A DNA stretch of 64,000 nt from the human T2T-CHM13v2.0 reference genome, Homo sapiens. The translations under genes were made by a program, and so were the position numbers. The stretch is taken from positions 24,448,001-24,512,000 of the forward strand of contig CP068257.2 of the NCBI GenBank assembly GCA_009914755.4. The letters are read 5' to 3'. Below the pieces are notes generated by a model. The model was not told the DNA's origin. It made no database searches and worked only from the letters and a program-made list of their open reading frames with translations. This document shows, in pieces, positions 16,753 through 31,749 of this stretch (positions within the stretch are counted from its first letter, which is position 1; each line of letters starts with the position of its first letter).

Positions 16753-18715
16753 AAAACCTAGTTCTTAAGAGATACCTGCAACTAGTGCTTAGGATGGGTA
16801 TCAGTCCTTCCCACAGTTTAGTTTAAGCTTCCTTAGGCCCAAATTCCTTCCATTTAAAAATCAAAATCACAAAGCCTTTCCTTTTGTCTTCAATGACCTC
16901 AAAGCTTTTTGCCTCTAGGTCTTTCCTCCAGGAGTCCACAGCTGACTCACCATTGACCCACGTTGTTTTTCCTGCAATGGACTACAACGTAACTTCTCCC
17001 CATGCTATTCCACAGGGTCAACAATGACCTTCTATTTGCCAGATCCTAACAATGTTTTGTCACACACACATACAAATGTCCAAAAACAAGATATGAGCAA
17101 AAGAGATTGCTGGGTGTCCTAGCATTGAAATGCAGGTGTTGTCTTGCAGACCCTGAGGGTGGCGGGGAAAGGATTATCTGATTCTACAGCATGTTCCTCC
17201 AGTTGACTTGCTACTAAATAAGCTATTTTACGACTTACACCCTTAAAATTCTTACACCCTTATTACTTACATCCTTACAAGCTATTCCACACCCTTAGAG
17301 CTTTGTAAAGATGGATACTGCAGACACCCCATAGCAATGCAAGTGTTCCTGTACCATGGAAATAATTTGACGATATTCCAGATAATTCCAGATGATTCCT
17401 GTTCATAGCCATGCAACTCAAGTGTGCTGGGGAAGGAATTTTAAATCTCTCCAAGTCAAAATGAACCATTTTTCACATCTTACAGTTCATCTCATTAATG
17501 AATTGAATAAAATATTTGACATGTGTTCAGTCTGCATGACAGACATGATTTTACCATGTCAAAAACTACACTTCAACTGCTTTCCGTTTGCATCATGCTT
17601 GCACTCTTATCTTTCCCCTCATTTAGAAATTTACATGGCTTGCCTTCCAGCATGTAACGCCTCCTACTTCCTATCCTATCTCTCTGGCCACTGCTCATCT
17701 CCCTCATGGGGAATCGTCTCTCTTTGTTTGCCTTCAATGCTGCAATTCCCCAAGGTGCTTTCCTTCGGTTCTTCTCCACAGGTGTCACTGAGTGGGTAAA
17801 ATGAGTGCAAGTACTTAGCATAGTAGCTGACCCTTTGTGACCCTTTGTGAATGCTCAATGCTGATGGTATTAGTGTCACTGTCACCATGTAGTTTTTAGA
17901 TTGCTAAAATTATGATTTTACAAGCTTTTCTCCCCCTTTGAAGAACAGGCCCTGTGTTCTGTTCATCAATGCACCCTTAGTATCCAAAGACATTATGTCT
18001 GAGGAGGAAGAGAGCACCACAGGGTTCTAGAAAGGCATATAATCATCTTACATCCAAATGTATTTAATGAAAGATGTATTTAAAAGGACCCCAAACAAGC
18101 CTTGTTCCCTGACTTGCAACATGCAGTGAAGTTCTGGTTGAAGGTATGGAGGGACTCATTTCTACCTCCCTCTCCCACTTGCCAGATCATGGGATCTAAG
18201 ACCCTTACAGCTCAGAGTCACTGGTGGCTCGGGATAGCACAGAGAACAGCACTGTTCCACGGAAACAGAATGCAACTGCCTATGGAACCTCAATTTCCTC
18301 ACTGCCACGTGAAACGTCAAAAGAAACAAGTGAAATCAATTTTAATCACATAGTTACAACTCAGTAACATTTATGATGTATTTAACAACATATTCAAAAC
18401 ATAACTATTTCAATGTTAAACCTATATAAAAATGAATGTGATCATTTTACAGGTTTTCTCACATTATATCTTTGAGATACGGTATCTATCTTACACTTAT
18501 AGCACACATCAGTTTCCACTAGCCACATTTCAAGTGCCAAACAACCACATAGGGCCAGTGGCTACAGTACTGGACAGCACACGGCTAGAGGCTGCAGCAT
18601 GGCAGTCTCTGGGAGAACGAAGATATATGGTAGGGGACATAGTGATAAAGCAAGAAGGTGATTTGTTTAAATGCAAATCTACAATCACTCCTCTTCTCTG
18701 AAAAAATAAAGTCTA

Positions 18716-19032
<317 letters not shown>

Positions 19033-19326
19033 AAAAATAAAGTCTAGTGACTTCCTGTTGCTACAAAATAAAGCCCAAATCCATTAAAATGGCTCACAAG
19101 GTATGATGTTTTGGCCCTTTCTTACTTATGGCGCCTAATGTTGAAGAATCTGGCTGGTGTGTATCATCCAACAAGACTTCCGTGGGTGGGTGGTAGGCAG
19201 AGGACAGATAATACCAGAATTGCAAGAGGAAGGTGACAGCAAAGGGCTAATTCTCCCCACTCATGGTGGCCACCAACAATCTGGTAAAGTCCAGAACTGG
19301 GAAGAACCACTCTGTGCTCAACCCTT

Positions 19327-19730
19327 TGATACAGTTTGGCTCTGTGTCCCTACCCAAATCTCATGTCGAATTGTAATTCCCAGTGTTGGAAGTGGGGTCT
19401 GGTGGGAAGGGATTGGATCATGGGGGTGGTTTCAATGTTTAAGCACCATCCCTCGAGTGCTGTCCCGTGACAGTGTTCTCATGAGATCCGGGTGTTTGAA
19501 AGTGTGTAGCACCTCTCCCTTCACACTCTTTCTCTTTCTTGCTCTGGCCATGTGAACATGTGTCTTCTTCCCCTTCACCTCCTGCCATGATTCTAAGTTT
19601 CCTGAGGCCTCCCCAGCCATGCTTCCCATACAGCCTTTGGAACCGTGAACCACTTAAACCTCTTTTCTTTATAAATTACCCAGTCTCAGGTAGTTTATTA
19701 CAGCAATGTGAGAACAGACTAATACACCCT
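19327..19730 (+). mobile_element. MaLR solo LTR (MST/THE1-like)
   Basis: Sequence tgatacagtttggctctgtgtccctacccaaatctcatgtcgaattgtaattcccagtgttggaagtggggtctggtgggaagggattggatcatggggg...aaacctcttttctttataaattacccagtctcaggtagtttattacagcaatgtgagaacagactaataca matches the MaLR LTR consensus architecture. Confidence 0.8.
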
Positions 19731-20270
19731 GGGACAAACAACAGGCTAAGACAGAAAGTAAAGCTACCCAGGCATTAGTAGGATCTCTAAGTGAAACGGG
19801 AAAAGAGGGGTGTTCCTGGGGTCAAGAAGAGTAATTTTTGTATGGCCACCATACAAATGTGAAAACATCTGGTTATTCATACGTGAAACTAAGGGAAGAA
19901 AAACTTAGATGCAAACTATGACACATGTATCAAAATAGTCGATTCACCAGAAAAGGACAATTTGGTCAATGTCATAAACTAAATTTTAATTCTAGCCTTT
20001 AAAAAAAGTTTATTTGACACTCAGAATACATAGTCTGTATGCATATATCAAAAAAATGGTATCAAAAACATATAAGTATGCACAGAGTTCTGATTTATAA
20101 AATTTATAACTTATCTACACAATTGTACTACAAGAACTCTTCAGCAGAATGTAAATATTATTTCTAACATTGACACTTTATAAAAGTCACACCCAGGCAA
20201 AAGCTGATTTATTATCAATCCATACTTAGTAAATCAGCACACAGAATGTTCTTGTAAAAATACATATAAT

Positions 20271-20580
<310 letters not shown>

Positions 20581-21562
20581 TACATATAATGAACTTAAGT
20601 ATTAGTGATTTCCACTATTCATCATTTCACATCATGGTTCATACTCCTTTCAAGATAAAAATTACTTAATATGTAATATATTGTGATAATGTAGATGCTT
20701 TTTGCTTCTCAAAACACCAATTAGTAATTAGAGCTTGTCCTTTCTTAAACAGAGCGCTATCAAAACAAATTAAACCTTTTAATAATAATAATTTTAGTAT
20801 TTACAATTTAAAATAAAAGGATCTCAATAGAATAGTAATATTAATTAAACAACAAACATTCATTATCCAAGTAGGCTAAAGAAAAATTTCTAGTACAAAA
20901 AGGATTACAACAAAAGAAAATGTTGCCAGGCTATCTGCTGTTTATAATGAGTGTCGAGAATTCTGCTTTGCCAACAAGCATAAGACTAATTACTTCTAAT
21001 GTTCTTAAGATGCAGTCACATGCAGAGATAACTATCTAAGAAGTGTGAGATAAAATGCCTGGAACTCCAGCTATTTTAAATTGAATAAGAAAGGAGCACC
21101 CTGTATAGTAACAGCAAAAAGACTACAAAGAATTAAACAAAAATGAAGATCTCCACGAAATGACAAAGGATGATTTCCAGGATACAAAGTTAAGTTAAAA
21201 AAAAAAAAAAAAAAAAAAGCAAAGTGCAGAACAGTGAACTTTGTACTTTTTTTGTACAAGAAGGAAAAATATGTATTTTCTTTTGCCAAAAAAATAAATC
21301 AGGAACAATGAAAATGTTTATCAATAGAGAATGAGTGAAAAGTGAGCTTTCTGAGTATATTTCATAGAACTAACATGATAGTCAAAAAGTAAAATTAATA
21401 AGGGAGGAAAAAACCAAACTATAATAGAATACAAACAGATACAAATGAACTAAAATATGTATCAAGCTGGTAACAGAAAAAAATTAATGCTAGCACTTTT
21501 AACCAAAAGACCTTGACTGTAGAGCCGTGGTGAGATATATACTGAAGATGAAAGGAGTGTGG

Positions 21563-21859
<297 letters not shown>

Positions 21860-21997
21860 TTAAACTACTGTTTAGTGATGGTCATAATACGACATCATAA
21901 TTTTAAAAACATTTATATGTATATCATAGGGTAATGCAAATAAATATATTAATGGTATGGTGAATCATTAGGAACCAAGATTTTTACTGTAGGGTTA

Positions 21998-22270
<273 letters not shown>

Positions 22271-24889
22271 TCAGTTAGTTATAGTATCCATAGCTCCAAG
22301 GCAGAGGCTTGGAGGAAGAACAGGGATAACTATCAAAAAGAGTTCTATTCTTGCTCATTCTCAATTAGGAATCAGCCCGGTCTTCAACACTCCTTTAGAT
22401 TAAGTGTTATGTATGCTACAGATGTTCTTAGCCACCTATAAGGCAATGCTTTCTTTTATACTAAAACAGAGAAGGAAATTACCAATACCGAAAGGAATTT
22501 ATTCATGAAAAATTTACACGTTTTCCCATATGAGATTTTGTGGTACCTGCTGAAAGGTTCTGACAACAAAATTACACGTTTTCCTATAATAAATATAATC
22601 ACTGTGGAGGCTACCGCATTCTTATAATAAACTCCACTGACTCACACAGAGCATGATGCCTGCCAGGCCCTGCCTGATGACCAAGACTGAAAATAATATT
22701 TGTGCCACCTCTCAGCACTGAGAGCAAGTATGGCGTTGGTAGTTAGCAAGTGACTGTATTATGATTTTGAACAGAAAAATTCACTGTAGAATTCACCATC
22801 CACAAATATAACTGAGTATGTTGGCGATCCCTCCTGGTTTCCCCCAGAATATTCTCTGGTTATCAGTCTCAACTCTTAACAAGTCTGTTAAGAGTGCTGG
22901 TGTCTCCTCTCCCAACCATCTGCAAGGAGCCAACATTTTCTCATTTGGAGCTCTACATAGTGCCTGCTGGGTAGTAAGTAAGGGGTCCTAGCTATTACCA
23001 TTGCAGGCAATAGACCACTTCACAAAATAACTTCATGAAAAAGGGTGCCTTCTGTATTTTCAAACTCTTCTGTGTACAGGCATTACCTTTACAAAAATAT
23101 TTTTAAAAGAGAAAATGGAAGTCCTGAAATATCTATACCGTGTCACTTAACAGGTTCTGGTATCTCAAAAAGAAAAAAAAATTCAGCAAGAAATGAAAAA
23201 TATATCCACAGGAGTAAAGGTGTTATTAAACCAATCAATTAGAAGGCATATTAATCATGATAGGCCCTCCCTTGTCAAATCCAGCTGCTGGGGAAATGTG
23301 AGACACCCATGCCAAGAAGAATTAACTTCCAGCAGAAGCCATTCGTTCACACACTCAAGAACTGGGTGATTCCACGATAACTTGTATCATTCCTAAAAAC
23401 TGTCCACAGGAGGAAAAACACCAACTAAAATTGCACTGAGAAATTTTCAGTTAAAGAAATGAAACAGTTTCCAAACATTTCTTCCCACATAAATGTAAAA
23501 TAAGATACCTCTGGCCATTTTAGTCATTTTTACACATACTTCGTCAAAACCCAACAGAGGACTTAGGTCCTTACAACAAAAAAACAAAACAGGTCTTAGA
23601 TTGAACCAAGTCATGAGTGCAAAAGCTGCTGGCAAAATCTCTAGAGCCATGTTTTCAAGTAACTTTTCCAATATTTAACGAAATTCTGCCTTTACATTGC
23701 CAGATGGTTAAGTCAAAGCAGCCGATGCCAAAATATCCAGATCATCTGCAGAAATAGCTAGAACCCCTCAACTCCATCTGAGCCCCTTGCCACTTCCTGT
23801 GACTTCCATGAAACTGGGGGGTCTCATTCTCTGACAGATGCAAAGCAGCAGGCTAAGTAGAATGCTCTATAAATTTAAATTTCACAGCTTTCCTGAGGGA
23901 TTAAGAGGAAATTCATTGTCTTGATCTTAGAAATCGAAATGCAAATGTTGTCAATCTTACTGAAATAAGTAGTATAGATAATAACACTGCAAAAACATTA
24001 AAGAAAGTCAAATAATAATCAGATACCTGTGGATAAGGCCCTACATCAGATGCTATGGAGGGCCCTGCCCGTAAGGAATGTACAATCCACTAATGGAATC
24101 GCCATTGTTCCCACAGTACTTTATTCTGTTCACCTTCCGAATTCATTCCTGTCCCAAAGATTTCCAGTCTTGGCAGCATGTTGTTAACTGTACGGAGACA
24201 CTAATGAGCCTTTACCATAGCTGGTAAATATTCTGTTGAAACAGTCTCCTCCTCTGCCTCAAACTCTCTCTGTACTTTTGTTTATCCACAATCTGTTCAT
24301 TACAATGTCTAAGGAAAGCGTTCTACCTTCTTGTCAATACAAATGCACTTGATTCCATTTCCTCCCCGCAAGGAGAGGAAATTGACAATTTCTCTCCCCA
24401 GGGTAGCCAGCCTCCAAGAAGGCCCCCAATAGTCCCTGCCTCCTGCTATTCATGGACCCTGGGAAACTCCACAATGTATCAGGGTCTGTCTGTGCAACAA
24501 ATGGAGTACAGCAGAAGTGATGATGGTGTAACTTCCGAGCATGTATATATTAGACTTAAAGATGCTGCAACTCTTTTAAAAACAAACCCTTTGCTACCAG
24601 AAAGGTCACTGAAGGGCATGATGATGTGTAACATCCAAAACAAGGTCATGAAGGGCATCACAATTCTTCATTGCTCTCTGGGATCACTCACTGTGAGGGA
24701 GGTCATCAGCTGCCATGTTCTGAGACATTTGGTGCTAAAACCAGGAAAGTTTTTGGCAAAATACACTGGATCACCCTACCTGACAAACCAAGTAAATGCT
24801 TCATTTTTTTTTCCTCTTTTGACTTAACTTCCTTTGATTTCTTCTATTTTTCACTTTGTCATCCTCCCTGCTTCTTGACTTTACAGCTA

Positions 24890-25126
24890 TTTTAATGTCA
24901 TCTGTTGGCATATGTGTGTATGCTGACTATCAAAAAGTGGTAATTTTTTAAACATTTTTTTCAAATAAATTTATTATGACCCTATAATTGTCTCATGTTC
25001 TTGCCATTTTTTAATGCCATCTGTTGGCATATGTGTGTATGTTGACTACCAAAAAGTGGTAATTTTTAAAACATTTTTTTCAAATAACTTGATTACGGCG
25101 CTATAACTGTCTCATGTTGTCTTCAT
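24890..25126. repeat. Tandem duplication, 2 x about 118 bp (about 90 percent identity)
   Basis: Copy 1 (24890-25007) and copy 2 (25008-25126) both read ttttaatg.catctgttggcatatgtgtgtatg.tgacta.caaaaagtggtaattttt.aaacatttttttcaaataa...ctataa.tgtctcatgtt...cat. Confidence 0.85.
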
Positions 25127-26997
25127 TTTAACAATGAGAGTTTAGACTAGAAAATATATGCTTCAGTTCCTGTCAGGTTTTCCACCAGATGAGATTTAAT
25201 ATTAACTTTAAAAATAAATGTTTGGAGAATCGTGATGATTAACATGCTCTATTTTCTTCAAGTGGAGATCATTTAATAATTTAAACTGCGAATCCTCAAT
25301 AATAGGGTAAGCTGTTGAATTAGAAATTGTAAAATTGGTTGTGTGTATAGATCTTCTTACATTTGACATTACAAGAGGCCCTTCACAAATAAATATCAAC
25401 TCACAAAAGCCATGTTTCTCAAGTAAAATTTTTTCCCCCCGAACCAACACCAGATGTGTATATGGAAATCAGAGCAATTAGCTTGGAGATACAAATTGAA
25501 CCAGAAACCTTCCTATTCTTACTGAAGCCCATCTGCAAACAATTCCATGCTTTCACTACATATGCCTGTCTCCCTGAATTAAAACAAGACAAACAACTCA
25601 CGGCATCCTCACCTGCATCAAATAACCCATTTATGAAACAAAGCCTGGTTGCTAAGCGCAGCCACTCCCTGGCATTCAGCCAGAAGGAAATGTGGCCACA
25701 TTAAACATTGCCATCCAAGGGTTAACTCCCTTTTCCTGAGTGAAGCCTCCAAGAAATGACTTAATAAATGATACACAGGGTCCTATTCAGGATCTGTTAA
25801 TATGGACACTCTTAAAATTGAAATCTTTTAAGATTCAATTTACCTGCCAAATACCTGAAATCTGGCAGGTATTTGCTGCCAGTAAAAAAGCACAGTCTTA
25901 CAAAGTCATCCTAAAGATAATTATTCCTAATTTTTTAAACATTTTTATTTTCTAAAAGAAAAGAAATATAAATACCTTAGTAGATGGGAAATATAACCAC
26001 TTAACTACTACATTTTAGTTCTATTTATGTCTTAACACTATTCTAAGGTGAGTTAAGATTACTTTGCAAAAATCTAAGACAACATTTAAAAGATGAGAAC
26101 TGTGATATAACTGGCCGTTTGTGGTCTATGCTTTTCTAAGACTGAATATGAAGGTAATTCTTGTAAACTGAATGACTTGCCACTGACATCATAAAACTGG
26201 AGATGCTTTCCCATGGGAAAACAGTGTTCCTGACAATGAACAAAATAACCAGCTAAAAACAATGAAGCATTCATAAATTGCCTCAAAAGCAAGAGGCTGT
26301 TTACCAAGTGCTCTGAACTACAGAGACGTACATATCAAACTTAAAAATGCTACAAGTCTTAAAAACAGAAAGAAAATATTTTTGTTACCAGAAAAAAAAT
26401 ATTTTTGAGCCACAATATAAAGAATACTGAAGTGAAATGGACTTTCCAAAGCAATTTTTAGAAATGGCTTTAAAAGAGGCTTAAGGGGATAACATAAACG
26501 AATATAAACATATATACCTAATCTGGACCAGTCTGCAGATGTGAATCTGGAAACCCTACGCCTACAGTTGCTACAATTTTCAATTAAATGCAAAGCCACC
26601 TTCTTGAACAAGTTCTCTTGTTGTCCTTTCAAACAGGGTGTTCCCTTTCTCCAAAAAGTTTCTCTCTGTTATCATCTAGGAGATCAAAATTCCTTATAGA
26701 GCAGGCTTGGCAGCATTCCTCCCCAACAGGGTCTCAACTAGGAGGGAAAAGTGAACAAGGAGCTCTCTGTTTTGCTAGCTGAGAGGTCCTGTTTGGCAAG
26801 GAGAGGGCACAGATCCATAGCTTAGTTGCATCCGTGGATTTATGTAATTTTAAGGTTTCTGGCTAATGAAAGCCATCTGTTTTCTGCATTTGAACCACCC
26901 GCTGACTAGTCTAAATAGCTGGCCTCATATAATGAAGTATTTGGTACTTTTTAATCAGTTCAAACTTCTTCGAGTCAGATTCTTGCATAATCTCAGT

Positions 26998-27291
26998 ATT
27001 TTTTTTTGGATACACTGTCACACTCCACCACCCAGACTAGAGTGCAGTGGCATGATCTCGGCTCACTGCAACCTCTCCGCCTCCTAGGTTCAAGCTATTC
27101 TCCTGCCTCAGCCTCCCAAGTAGCTGGGACTACAGGCCTGTGCCACCACGCCCAGATAATTTTTGTATTTTTAGTAGAGACAGGGTTTCACCATGTTGGC
27201 CAGGCTGGTCTCGAACTCCTGGCCTCAAGTGATCCTCCTGCCTCGGCCTCCCAAAATGTTGGGATTACAGGCATGAGCCACTGTGCCCAGC
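26998..27291 (-). mobile_element. Alu (full length), sense relative to APP
   Basis: Sequence (t)9ggatacactgtcacactccaccacccagactagagtgcagtggcatgatctcggctcactgcaacc...gggattacaggcatgagccactgtgcccagc. Confidence 0.9.
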
Positions 27292-28124
27292 TTTGTAGCG
27301 ATACTATTTCTATCACATCCATGGTTTCCTGACATAAATACTGGATTCCCTTAACCTGGGCATAATTCAACTATACCCCACAAGAGTGCTTTACATTTTC
27401 ATATTAAAACATTTAAATTCTCCATTGTCAAATGTAAAGAACTATTTTCTAGAATCATAATCTAGAAAATCTGAGTGAACCCCTTTCAGGGGAATAATTC
27501 ATCTGTAGGGTTTTCTTTTAAATGCCAAAAAAGTATTTCCAGTGTAAGCGGAACATCTGCAGTTGCTCATTTCATCACTAACAGAGAACTGAAATTAAAA
27601 TCAGAATCACAAAAGTGGACCATAAGAGGGAGGAAAGGGCACCAGGTAAGGATATGTCCAAGGCCATGGGGTTATAGGGACAGAGAAGGGAATTCAACCT
27701 ATTCCGTCAAGGGTTCTGTTAATGTGACCGGGCTGTCTCTCAAATTAAAATGGAAAATTGCAATTTTCCAAGGCTTTGCCCCTGTGTGTGTGTGTGCATG
27801 TATTTGTGGTGAGCAAAAATAGAGAAGCTATTAAAAAAGAAAAATAAAATGTGATGACTGAAACTGCAAGTGGTTTCTATTTACCCTTGTGGAGAGTTGC
27901 CACATCTATTCACAGCCACTATTTGCTACACAATTATTTCAGAGCTTGAGTTTCGGCTTAAAAAATGATTTGCCATGAAAGCGAATAGGAGAAAAACAAT
28001 TCCTTTCAGAGGAGTAATCTACATATTTCACTCCTGGAAACCTGAAATTCTTTTTGGGTCACTGTTGATCTGGCTTCTAATTACAAGCTATCCTCCCTTG
28101 ATGTTTTTCACGGCCTCTGTTGAT

Positions 28125-28165
28125 ATTAGATTGGTGCAAAAATCGCAATTACTTTTGTGCCAACC
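28125..28165. mobile_element. Truncated MADE1-like (Hsmar1-derived MITE) palindrome with the interior deleted
   Basis: Sequence ttagattggtgcaaaaatcgcaattacttttgtgccaacctaata corresponds to the two MADE1 termini (TTAGGTTGGTGCAAAAGTAATTGCGG ... CCGCAATTACTTTTGCACCAACCTAA). Confidence 0.55.
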
Positions 28166-28658
28166 TAATACCAAGCTTTTTTACTACTCAAAGGATAGAT
28201 GTTCTCAAGTTGACCCAAAACTCCTACCCACTCATAAGAAGGCCAGTAAGTCATGCTTGCTGCTGGTGCCCAGTAGGAAATCAAGAGGTCCCTCAATAGG
28301 AGTCTTTGTTATTCACTACTCGTGAAATTAATAACCAACATTTGAAGCATGCATTTAGGCAGGACCCAGTAAGAGTGGCATCTACTGCTAGGACTGATAT
28401 AAATGAATATAAAAGTGGAATTACAAAAAATAGAGCCTTATGCATGGCAAACAAACTCTTAGCCTCAAAAACAGTTTACAATCTAGTCAATGTCCATTTA
28501 GTCTTAAAAGGTGAATGTTTTCTTTTAACTTCATATATATACATACACACACACTAACATATATGAAACCATACACATACTATATAGTATGTGATGAAAT
28601 GAGCGAGATGTAAAAAGTTCATCTCTTTCATTCTGTCTTTACAGTTTTTCTGTGTGTC

Positions 28659-28948
28659 TTTTGTTTTGTTTCGTTTTCTGAGACAGAGTCTTGCTCAGTC
28701 GCCCAGGCTGGAGTGCAGCGGGGTGATCTCGGCTCACCGCAACCTCTGCCTCCTGGGTTCAAGCGATTCTTGTGCTTTAACCTCCTGAGTAGCTGGGACT
28801 ACAGGCGTGCACCACTACGCCTGGCTAATTTTTGTATTTTTTAGTAGAGACGGGTTTTTGCCATGTTGCCACTCCTGACCTCAAGTGATCTGCCCGCCTC
28901 GGCCTCCCAAAGTGCTGGGATTATACGCATGAGCCACAACGCCTGGCC
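28659..28948 (-). mobile_element. Alu with an internal deletion of about 25 bp
   Basis: Sequence ttctgagacagagtcttgctcagtcgcccaggctggagtgcagcggggtgatctcggctcaccgcaacc...gggattatacgcatgagccacaacgcctggcc. Confidence 0.87.
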
Positions 28949-29794
28949 TGTCTTTAAAGTTTTACTGACATGTCTCATACAGTCACCAAAGGGAAAAAAA
29001 AATGAAAAAAAAATATATATATAGTATTTGAGATCTTTATCCTATTCTGACTCTCTCAATATTGCCATATCTCATCAGCCTTGACCTTGTGAACATGCAG
29101 ATAGAAAAAGGGTTAGAGGCAAAAATCAAAGACCTACTAAGGCCTTTGCTCATTATCTCATTTGACTCAGAAAAACCAAGATAAGTCACTTCCACATCTA
29201 TTTAGATAATCAGAAGGGCTCAAAACCCGCCTAGAGTCTACTCAAGAGTGTTATTCCAAAGCACATGCTTGCTTTTTGACAGAACAAGCCAGCTGGCATT
29301 CCTGGTACTAGATGTCAAGCTTTTTTAATTCTTCAATCTTGAATATTATTTTCAAGTAATTTTTCCCCCATGGCAGTACTATTTTGCATGTCTTTGTTAC
29401 TGGCTTTTAAAAAAATTACTTTTAGAGCAAGTAAAACGGGAAGCAAACCCACAGCTTAAATGTCTAATTTGCATTTCTCAAATTTAAATCACTAGATGTT
29501 AATATCTACTAACCTCTGGTAGTTTCCTCTTTAAGAAATCTCTCCTGAAATGCAAACACAAATTTCTCCAAAGTTAGTTCTTTCCTTAAATCTAATGCAG
29601 CCAACTGAATCTGCAAAGTAGAAGTCCAAATCTCCCAATGTTCCAACTACTAATGTTTATCAACCCTTACTTTATTTAATGTGTATTTTCTAGTTTTTCA
29701 ACAGTTGACATATACCTACCTATGTACATATACACATGTATATATACCTGCTATACAGCTACTTGTATGGTATGTAGTGGGAGTGCTAGAATGA

Positions 29795-29816
<22 letters not shown>
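29795..29816. repeat. (AC)n dinucleotide microsatellite, about 10 units
   Basis: Sequence gaacacacacacacacacacacatat. Confidence 0.8.
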
Positions 29817-29825
<9 letters not shown>

Positions 29826-30396
29826 GTTTAAGAGCTCAATTTGCACAAATCTCAAATGCTGGTACTTTGCTAAGATCTCATTCTAGAATTAGTGCATTTA
29901 AGTCCATGTTGCTAACAAGGTGGAGGACTTGGTAACTGGGCTCCTCAGAGAGAGTGGTTTGAATGGCATTCACTGAAATAAATTTGATAGTAACAAATAA
30001 ATGATTTTCCAGTATGGCTTCTACTTGTTCTGACAGCTAGGACAGATTAGCACCCAGCACAGAATACAACAAAGAAAAATCAAAATCTATTATTCCTCTT
30101 CATTTTTGGTACAAGAGATATTCTACATATATTCAATTTCTAAATTTCTACTGTTTTATATCAAATGTAGCCAAGCTAAGCCGGGATCAGCTGACCCTTG
30201 AGCTTGTGGGCTATAATAAATGGTTATTGTTCTAAGCCACTAAATTTTGGAGTGAGTTTGTGGCTTTGCAGCATTTTTGTGGCAAAAGAAATTAACACAG
30301 TCATGTATTTGATAGGAATAACTAAAATACTAAGTGATAGAATCAAGGCATAGATTGTTTCAGAAGGTAGAAACTTTCTCAAGTTGCCTTTTTTTA

Positions 30397-30562
30397 GGCA
30401 GCTGGGAGTACAGGCCCATACCACCATACCTGGCTAATTTTTCTGTAGAGACAAGGTCTCAGTATGTTGCCGAGGCTGGTCTCAACTTCCTGGCCTCAAG
30501 TGTTCCTCCTGCCTTGGTCTCCTAAAGTGCTGGGATTACAGAACTGGTCACCATGCCTGGCC
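30397..30562 (-). mobile_element. Alu, 3'-truncated (about 165 bp)
   Basis: Sequence ggcagctgggagtacaggcccataccaccatacctggctaatttttctgtagagacaaggtctcagtatgttgccgaggctggtctcaacttcctggcctcaagtg...gggattacagaactggtcaccatgcctggcc. Confidence 0.8.
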
Positions 30563-31439
30563 ATAAATATTTTATATTTAATGTATTATGTAAGGTAGTA
30601 TCAGTTATGGCTTATGATCTATACACTTTGGGTTGTCCTAGAATTGGAAAGAATCTGAGCAGAGGCAAATAGAATGATACTGTAAACACATGTACTGAAG
30701 CTTTTAAGGAGATGGTAATCAATCTTTGCAATCTTTAGATCTGATTGATTTTGTGAGCTTCTTTTCTCCTACATTTTTTAGACCTCTGCAAATGATAAAC
30801 AATTTGTACAAAGGCATAGTTTTTAAAAAAAATTAAACATATTTTGTTTACACAATATATTTCTAAAAGGAAATATTTCAAATCTGAAAGCAATCTAATG
30901 CTATTAAATAGACCCCGTTCCTGCTCATACCTCACATGTGGCTATGTGAATACAAAAATCTTATAATTATACTTCTCCCAGCAAAGGACATGCAAATTTC
31001 ATCACCAAACATTCATGCTACTGCAATCACACTCCATCAAGCCATATGTGTTGAAATCTGTGTAACAAAAGCAGTGAGGGCTCTTGCCACACGTAGCTCC
31101 CGCCCAGCCCTCTCCGGGAGGTAGGTATGTATGCAGAGAAGAGAGTGGGCTGAGAAATGGAATTCTGGCATGTTGGGTCAAGCAGACTGATCATGTGACA
31201 CTCGCACTGAGATCCTACCAAATTTCACCATGTGGCAGAGTCAGCACCAAACAAATCCCAAAGTTAAAGCCTCAGTTATCACCTGGGTTTTGCTGCATAG
31301 ACCTAGCCAAATATGTGTAAGAGTTACGAGCTCTAGACATAATTTATTTTATTGCCCTGAAATAGAGTATCCCCACATAATTTGCAAGTTTAATTGCAAT
31401 TATATTCCTGGGGGTCACTCCTCATACCTGCACAGTTAG

Positions 31440-31749
<310 letters not shown>

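Noticed and set aside
17392-17799. 135-aa ORF (the longest in the window) and the overlapping 82-aa and 70-aa minus-strand ORFs
   Set aside because: No recognisable domain or homology, low-complexity composition, no flanking splice signals, deep inside APP intron 2. This fits a chance ORF in AT-rich DNA.
17821-17840. Direct 10-bp duplication ccctttgtga x2
   Set aside because: Too short to be meaningful; likely a slippage artefact of no consequence.
19157-19555. 132-aa ORF on the plus strand
   Set aside because: It falls entirely within the MaLR (MST/THE1-like) solo LTR at 19327-19730 and upstream unique DNA. LTRs of this family carry no protein-coding capacity, and there is no splice or initiator context.
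30180-30300. Segment resembling a Tigger/MER DNA-transposon terminus (cagctgacccttgagc...) followed by a common interspersed motif (gttattgttctaagccactaaattttggagtgagtttgtggc)
   Set aside because: It looks repeat-derived, but I could not assign a family or boundaries confidently from memory, so it is left unannotated.
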